Source: Bacillales bacterium
GTDB taxonomy: Bacteria; Bacillota; Bacilli; JARBTR01
Assembly (NCBI GenBank): GCA_031554185.1
Contig: JAVBKE010000031.1
Location: forward strand, 1-56,015
DNA length: 56,015 nucleotides
Direction: 5' to 3'
Every line of letters begins with the position of its first letter. Position 1 is the stretch's first letter. Below the pieces are notes generated by a model, which was given only the letters and a program-made list of their open reading frames with translations, was not told the origin of the DNA and made no database searches. The position numbers and the translations under genes were made by a program. Below are positions 50,570 through 56,015 of this stretch, in pieces.

Positions 50570-51163
50570 TTATTCCTCAATTAAAGCCGATTCTTTTACA
50601 AAAGCCACTGTACCACCTTGTAAAGAAGAGATTCGGGCCAGTGATTCTACTCGGATTCCATTCTCATCTAACCATTGGCGCCCCGGTTGAAATGATTTTT
50701 CAATGACAATACCAACACCAACAGTTGTTGCACCGGCTTTTTCTATAATTGTGAGAAGTCCCTTGGTAGCTTCGCCATTTGCTAAAAAGTCGTCAATAAT
50801 GAGAATGCGATCTTCGATATGAATGGCATTCTCAGCTACTGCAATGTTCGATGTTTCTCGCTTAGTATACGAATGCACATCTGCCGTGAACAGGGCATGT
50901 GCTAGGGTTAGTGATTTGCTTTTTTTTGCAATAATCAGTGGCACACCTAGTTTTAGTGCAGTCATGTTTGCGGGTACAATTCCCGAAGCTTCAAGAGTCA
51001 GCACTTTTGTCACATTTTCCTCTGCAAAGCGCTTGGCAAATTCAATGCCAACTTGCTCCATTAATAATGTATCCACTTGATGATTCAAGAATTGATCTAC
51101 CTGTAGTATGTTATTAGGCAACACGCGCCCCTCTTGCAAAATCATTTCCTGTAAAGCTCTCAT
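50570..51163 (-). CDS. xpt: Xanthine phosphoribosyltransferase
   Basis: VDQFLNHQVD, TLEASGI, IIDDFLANG, IEKSFQPGR. Confidence 0.95.
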   Translation of the reverse strand: MRALQEMILQEGRVLPNNILQVDQFLNHQVDTLLMEQVGIEFAKRFAEENVTKVLTLEASGIVPANMTALKLGVPLIIAKKSKSLTLAHALFTADVHSYTKRETSNIAVAENAIHIEDRILIIDDFLANGEATKGLLTIIEKAGATTVGVGIVIEKSFQPGRQWLDENGIRVESLARISSLQGGTVAFVKESALIEE

Positions 51164-51207
51164 CGAAACTCCTCCCAGAATGATATAAAAAACACAAATT
51201 CAAATTG

Positions 51208-51278
51208 CACTCATAGTCAAATAATTTATGGTTGCTTGGTAGAAACTGACGAGCTATATCCTCGTAATTATATGAATG
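51208..51278 (-). ncRNA. Purine (guanine) riboswitch
   Basis: CATTCATATAAT..GATATAG..GTTTCTACC..CCATAAA..GACTATGAGTG; C at the discriminator position; upstream of xpt. Confidence 0.85.
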
Positions 51279-51562
51279 AAAAGAATTAGATAAATTAGTA
51301 CATAGCAACTGCTTTGTGTACGGATTTCGCCAATTTTCATTTCTAATATGTGAATACCTTGATATTTCAGATAACTAATAAAATTCGGTGCAATCTTTGT
51401 AATATCTACTTTACATAATTGCCATGAAAATAAATTGCCAATAGAAAATAAAATATGATAAAATGTATAAGTATGCAATGCTAAAAATATGACCATGGAA
51501 ATTTGAAGAATAAAAACCATTCAAATAACAGTCTTTTTCCAGAAATAGGGCTAGGTGAAATG

Positions 51563-52546
51563 TTACTGAACCACTCGTCTTCGCTGAGAAGGTAACTGGC
51601 AATATTGCTCTTTGTATAGCCTGTAAAAGTAAGTTTTATTTTTAAATCCAACCTGTTCAATAATGTGGTTAATCGGCACATTTGTCGATTCAATCAATAA
51701 GTTTGCGCTTAATATTTTTTGCTTATTCACAAGTTCTGTAAATGTTAGACCCGTTCTTTTTTTAATCATATTACTCAAATAGTTCTTATTATAGCCTAGT
51801 TCGCTGGCTGCTGAACTTAATGTGATTTCACGGAAATTCTTTTTAATCAGCTGCAATGTGTTTACAGTTACTCTGTTCGACTCCAAATACATATTTTTCA
51901 CTTCGTCTGACAAGTATTTATCACATTTGCGAACGAGTTCAGTAAATAGGATCGGTAAATAAAGCGAAATAATTTTTGCTGAAAGTTCTTCACCCCGATA
52001 ATACTCGGTAATGATTTGTTCTAATATCTGCTGAATATGAGGGATGTTTGCACTTTTAAAAATGATATATTTGTTTCGATTGCCATCAATCGTTGAATTT
52101 AATAAGAAATCGTAGACTAAGCTATTCTTCTTTTTAATATCTGCTAGCCATTCAACATTGATGCTTTGGTCGCGAAATAAAATATTAATCAAAATATCGT
52201 TGTCGCCAGTAGCTTTAATTGAATGGTGACAGCCACGACCTAGTAAGAGTAACTCACCTTCGTGTAGCACTTCCTCATTTCCTTCAATGATCTGTCGGAA
52301 CTCGCCGCTGAGGACGTAGTTTAGCTCTAAAAATTGATGTGAGTGGTAGGGATAATCCGCATAGCGATTATGTTTACTGACACTAATGTCTTTATTGCTA
52401 AAAAAATAGTCGCTTAGTAAATGCATCGTTCCATCTTCATCTGAAAAAGAATCATTCGGAAAATCCATCACAAATTCTCCAGTCTCTTTTTGAATTTTCT
52501 CTTGGCTATTTAATTGATAAAGTCGCCTTTTGATTGCTTCCTCCAT
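51563..52546 (-). CDS. AraC family regulator with cupin sensor (rhamnose cluster)
   Basis: YPYHSHQFLELNYV cupin; C-terminal double HTH (VGFKNKTYFYRLYK). Confidence 0.9.
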   Translation of the reverse strand: MEEAIKRRLYQLNSQEKIQKETGEFVMDFPNDSFSDEDGTMHLLSDYFFSNKDISVSKHNRYADYPYHSHQFLELNYVLSGEFRQIIEGNEEVLHEGELLLLGRGCHHSIKATGDNDILINILFRDQSINVEWLADIKKKNSLVYDFLLNSTIDGNRNKYIIFKSANIPHIQQILEQIITEYYRGEELSAKIISLYLPILFTELVRKCDKYLSDEVKNMYLESNRVTVNTLQLIKKNFREITLSSAASELGYNKNYLSNMIKKRTGLTFTELVNKQKILSANLLIESTNVPINHIIEQVGFKNKTYFYRLYKEQYCQLPSQRRRVVQ

Positions 52547-52664
52547 ACTGCCTCCTCTGTAAATTTGATACTATTATTATAGACACAGGATATTGAATGT
52601 GTAAACAACAACCAGTACATTATTATTTAAGCGCGCTTATAAAAATAATGTAGGAGTGTTACAT

Positions 52665-53960
52665 GTGAGTAGTATTGTAACTGGAAGCAGAAAAGCAACT
52701 ATTGCTGTATCATTAACAAATTATCTAGATTCGGGTTGTATTGTAGCGGGTGCCAGTGGTTTAACGCTATGGGCTTCAGAATTTGGTCTCGACAGTTTCG
52801 CAGTAGGATTACTAGGAGCGGTTAGTGCCAATGCATTCGGGTCAGCGTTTGGTGCTCTTATCGGAGGACATTTAGCTGATAAATTTGGACGTAAATTTAT
52901 CTATAGCTATAATATGCTCATTTATGTTTTGGGCGTTGCTATTATCATGTTCTCTATGAATTTCTTTATGTTATTAATGGGCTTTCTTATTACAGGTTTA
53001 TCTGTCGGTGCTGGTGTACCGGCCTCTTGGACGTATATTTCAGAAATGGCTGATCCTAAAGAGCGAGCCAGGAACATCGGGATATCGCAGTTTGCTTGGT
53101 CTCTCGGTCCAGCAATCATTTTCACCTTAGGGGTGATTGTATCACCACTCGGTCTATTAGGTAATCGCTTGCTTTTCCTATCACTGCTCATCGTAGCATT
53201 AGTTGCTTGGACCTTACAGCGAAAACTAGATGAGTCAAAAGAGTGGGAAGATGAACAAGTAAAATTAAAAGAAAACAGTACGAAACAAACCAACATGTTC
53301 AGGGAAGCCTTTTCCAATCGTGTCAATGTTAAATCGATTGTCTTCCTTGTTGGTGTTTACATGTTCTGGAACCTAGTCGCTGGAGCAATGGGATTCTTCA
53401 TGCCATACGTTTTTGAAACGGTTGGTGGTGTGACCAATACACAGGCCAATTTACTTCAAGCAGTACTTTGGATCTTAACAGCTGCAGGAACTTACTATGG
53501 ATTTGCTAAGTTTGGCGATCGTGTCAGTCACCGTTGGTTATTTTTCACAGGCGGAATTCTCGCTGTTGCTTCATGGGTTGTACTCACTTTTGTAGGATTC
53601 TCATGGGCAGGCCTTTGGACATTCGTTGTACTTTGGGGTGTTTCTGCAGGGATTGGCGCACAAGCATTCTATGCTTTATGGTCAACTGAGTTATTCCCAA
53701 CGAACTATCGTGGTGGTGTGCAAGGAATCATGTTCTTCCTTGTTCGTGGTAGTGCAGGCATTTGGTCCATTATTTTCCCAGTGATTCTAGCAAACCTTGG
53801 CTTCACAGTTGCAGGTTCATTCATGATTGTTATGCTGATCATTTCGCTAGTCATTGGAACGATTTGGACACCGAATACACGTGGACGGACACTTGAGGAT
53901 ATTACAAGTGAACGCTATGGTGATCTTGAGAAGACAGCAAAGAAAAAAACTACGGCTTAA
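52665..53960 (+). CDS. MFS sugar transporter (probable L-rhamnose permease)
   Basis: GGHLADKFGRK, ELFPTNYRG, PNTRGRTLE; upstream of rhaB; GTG start 8 nt after AGGAG. Confidence 0.85.
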   Translation: MSSIVTGSRKATIAVSLTNYLDSGCIVAGASGLTLWASEFGLDSFAVGLLGAVSANAFGSAFGALIGGHLADKFGRKFIYSYNMLIYVLGVAIIMFSMNFFMLLMGFLITGLSVGAGVPASWTYISEMADPKERARNIGISQFAWSLGPAIIFTLGVIVSPLGLLGNRLLFLSLLIVALVAWTLQRKLDESKEWEDEQVKLKENSTKQTNMFREAFSNRVNVKSIVFLVGVYMFWNLVAGAMGFFMPYVFETVGGVTNTQANLLQAVLWILTAAGTYYGFAKFGDRVSHRWLFFTGGILAVASWVVLTFVGFSWAGLWTFVVLWGVSAGIGAQAFYALWSTELFPTNYRGGVQGIMFFLVRGSAGIWSIIFPVILANLGFTVAGSFMIVMLIISLVIGTIWTPNTRGRTLEDITSERYGDLEKTAKKKTTA

Positions 53961-53977
53961 AGGGAAAGTGATCGATT

Positions 53978-55432
53978 GTGAAAAATTACATTGCAGTTGA
54001 TATCGGTGCATCTAGTGGCCGACTCATCTTAGGTAATATTGAAAATCAAAAGATAGTGATGGAAGAAGTGCACCGGTTTAAAAATGAGTTTACTTTTCGC
54101 GATGGACATGATCGTTGGAAAATTGACGAATTAATTCATGAAATTTTCATTGGTCTTGAGAAAGTAAAACAAGCAGGTATTTCTGAAGTGACTGTTGGCA
54201 TTGATACATGGGGTGTTGACTATGTGTTAGTCTCACCAGAAGGGGAACGATTAGCAGATTCCATTTGTTATCGTGACCAGCGTACCAAAAACAAGGTAAC
54301 AGAACTTGCTTCTGAATTTCCGAAAGATTACATCTATCAGAAAACGGGGATTCAATTTTTAGAATTAAATACACTTTATCAGCTATATGCCGAAGATAAA
54401 GAATTGATAAAACAGGCTGATAAAATTCTGTTGATTCCTGATTATATTGGGTTTGTGTTAACTGGCAAACAAGTAGCGGAAACGACAAATTCTTCCACGA
54501 CACAAATGCTAAACCTGAGAGAACAGTTGTTTGATAAGGATTTATTAAAACATCTTAACATCGACGCTTGTAAATTTGCTGATTTAACAGATGCGGGCAC
54601 TTATTTAGGTGAAGTGTTACCAAAATGGCACACTGCGTTTGATATTCCAACTTGCCATGTGATTACGGTTGCCACTCATGATACGGCTTCGGCTGTCATT
54701 GGGACCCCTTCCAAGGGAGAAGATTGGGCATTTTTAAGCAGTGGGACTTGGTCACTTCTTGGCATGGAATTACCTGTTCCAAATAACAGTCAAGCAGCAT
54801 TTGAAGAAAACTATACAAACGAGTGGGGTGCCTATGGCACCTACCGTTTCTTGAAGAATATCATGGGGCTTTGGATTGTTCAGGAAATTGCCCGGAATAC
54901 GGACTATCAGTATACCTATGCAGAAATGGCTGAACAGGCAGAGCAGTATCCATTTTTCAAACAGATAATCAATGTGAATGACAGTCGTTTTAACAATCCA
55001 GTCAGTATGATTGAAGAAATTCAAGGGTACTGTCGCGAAACCCGGCAGTCTGTGCCTGAAACGATTGGCGAGCTAACCAATTGTGTCTATAGCAGTTTAG
55101 CGATCTGTTATGCGAATGAGCTAGATAAGCTACAGCAAATTACCGGCAACGAAGTGAATAAGCTCTATATCGTGGGTGGTGGAAGCAACGTCAGCATGCT
55201 CAACCAATTAACTGCCAACTTAACAAACACCACCGTTTACGCAGGCCCATCAGAAGCCACAGCGATTGGCAATTTAACTGTTCAAATGATTACAGAGCAA
55301 GAGATTCGAGATATGGCACATGGGCGTGAAATCATACGAAATTCTTTTCAGATAAAAGATTTTCAGCCACAAAAAATGGCAGATGTTCATGCGTTAAAAG
55401 CGTATAAACAATTAATTCAAAACGAAACTTAG
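53978..55432 (+). CDS. rhaB: Rhamnulokinase
   Basis: [44 protein letters not shown]. Confidence 0.93.
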   Translation: MKNYIAVDIGASSGRLILGNIENQKIVMEEVHRFKNEFTFRDGHDRWKIDELIHEIFIGLEKVKQAGISEVTVGIDTWGVDYVLVSPEGERLADSICYRDQRTKNKVTELASEFPKDYIYQKTGIQFLELNTLYQLYAEDKELIKQADKILLIPDYIGFVLTGKQVAETTNSSTTQMLNLREQLFDKDLLKHLNIDACKFADLTDAGTYLGEVLPKWHTAFDIPTCHVITVATHDTASAVIGTPSKGEDWAFLSSGTWSLLGMELPVPNNSQAAFEENYTNEWGAYGTYRFLKNIMGLWIVQEIARNTDYQYTYAEMAEQAEQYPFFKQIINVNDSRFNNPVSMIEEIQGYCRETRQSVPETIGELTNCVYSSLAICYANELDKLQQITGNEVNKLYIVGGGSNVSMLNQLTANLTNTTVYAGPSEATAIGNLTVQMITEQEIRDMAHGREIIRNSFQIKDFQPQKMADVHALKAYKQLIQNET

Positions 55433-55444
55433 GAGGTCATTAAA

Positions 55445-56015
55445 ATGACTGAAGTACAAAAACGTTATCAAGTTGCAAAAGAACGCTATGCAGCAATTGG
55501 CGTCGATACTGAGAAGGCAATTGAAAAATTAAAGGAAATTAAAATCTCTGTCCATTGCTGGCAAGGTGATGATGTCAAAGGGTTTATGAATCCTGAGGGT
55601 GACCTAACAGGCGGGATCATGGCAACTGGGAATTACCCAGGTGTTGCACGAACACCAGCAGAGTTACGTTCTGATCTTGACAAAGCCTTCTCGCTAATCC
55701 CAGGAAAGCACAAAGTTAATTTGCATGCGATCTATGCAGATACAGACGAAAAAATCGATTCTAATACGATTGAACCAAAGCATTTTGCCCCATGGGTAGA
55801 GTGGGCGAAGAAGCAGGGATTAGGGCTTGATTTCAACCCGACTTTCTTCTCTCATCCAATGTTGAAAGATAATTACACACTAGCACATCCCGATAAGGAA
55901 GTCCGTGATTTCTGGATTGAGCACGGTAAACGGTCTCGTAAAATTGCTGCATACTTTGGCAAGGAATTAGGTCAAACAGCGATTAATAACTTCTGGGTTC
56001 CAGATGGTTCGAAGG
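55445..56015 (+). CDS. rhaA: L-rhamnose isomerase, 5' part (runs off window end)
   Basis: Manual translation MTEVQKRYQVAKERYAAIGVD...SVHCWQGDDVKGF...ATGNYPG...NLHAIY. Confidence 0.93.
   Translation, partial: MTEVQKRYQVAKERYAAIGVDTEKAIEKLKEIKISVHCWQGDDVKGFMNPEGDLTGGIMATGNYPGVARTPAELRSDLDKAFSLIPGKHKVNLHAIYADTDEKIDSNTIEPKHFAPWVEWAKKQGLGLDFNPTFFSHPMLKDNYTLAHPDKEVRDFWIEHGKRSRKIAAYFGKELGQTAINNFWVPDGSK

Noticed and set aside
1206-55024. Numerous short antisense or overlapping ORFs in the track (e.g. 1206..1496, 26278..26625, 39009..39368, 47057..47515)
   Set aside because: Shadow ORFs of well-supported genes or of regulatory DNA, without RBS or family motifs.
1-56015. CRISPR array, rRNA, prophage or defence island
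   Set aside because: No regularly spaced repeats, rRNA signatures, integrase or phage genes seen; the SNF2 genes match conserved Bacillus backbone genes.

Overview
A low-GC Firmicute chromosome segment. Its backbone is Bacillaceae-like: sdhCAB, ywqB/ywqA, yqhH/yqhG next to gcvT-gcvPA-gcvPB, pstSCAB-phoP with Pho boxes, and xpt with a purine riboswitch. The standout is a Clostridia-style selenocysteine module at 2.2-12.4 kb. It has tRNA-Sec (selC) divergent from selB, then a glycine-riboswitch-controlled glycine reductase operon (grdX-trxB-trxA-grdE-grdA-grdB-grdC-grdD). The ORF track breaks grdA and grdB at in-frame UGA (Sec) codons. The glycine cleavage operon 30 kb away lacks the glycine riboswitch that B. 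subtilis has there and instead carries an unannotated 43-aa membrane protein in its leader. Other content: a trehalose PTS/hydrolase operon under a BglG/LicT RAT antiterminator, an intact ISLre2-family IS (terminal IRs plus a 9-bp target duplication) just upstream of the putative sdh promoter, recQ, a secreted repeat protein with a uORF-containing leader, a lipoprotein alpha-carbonic anhydrase, and the start of a rhamnose cluster. No CRISPR array, rRNA or prophage was seen. All calls come from motif recognition by eye; no database searches were run.
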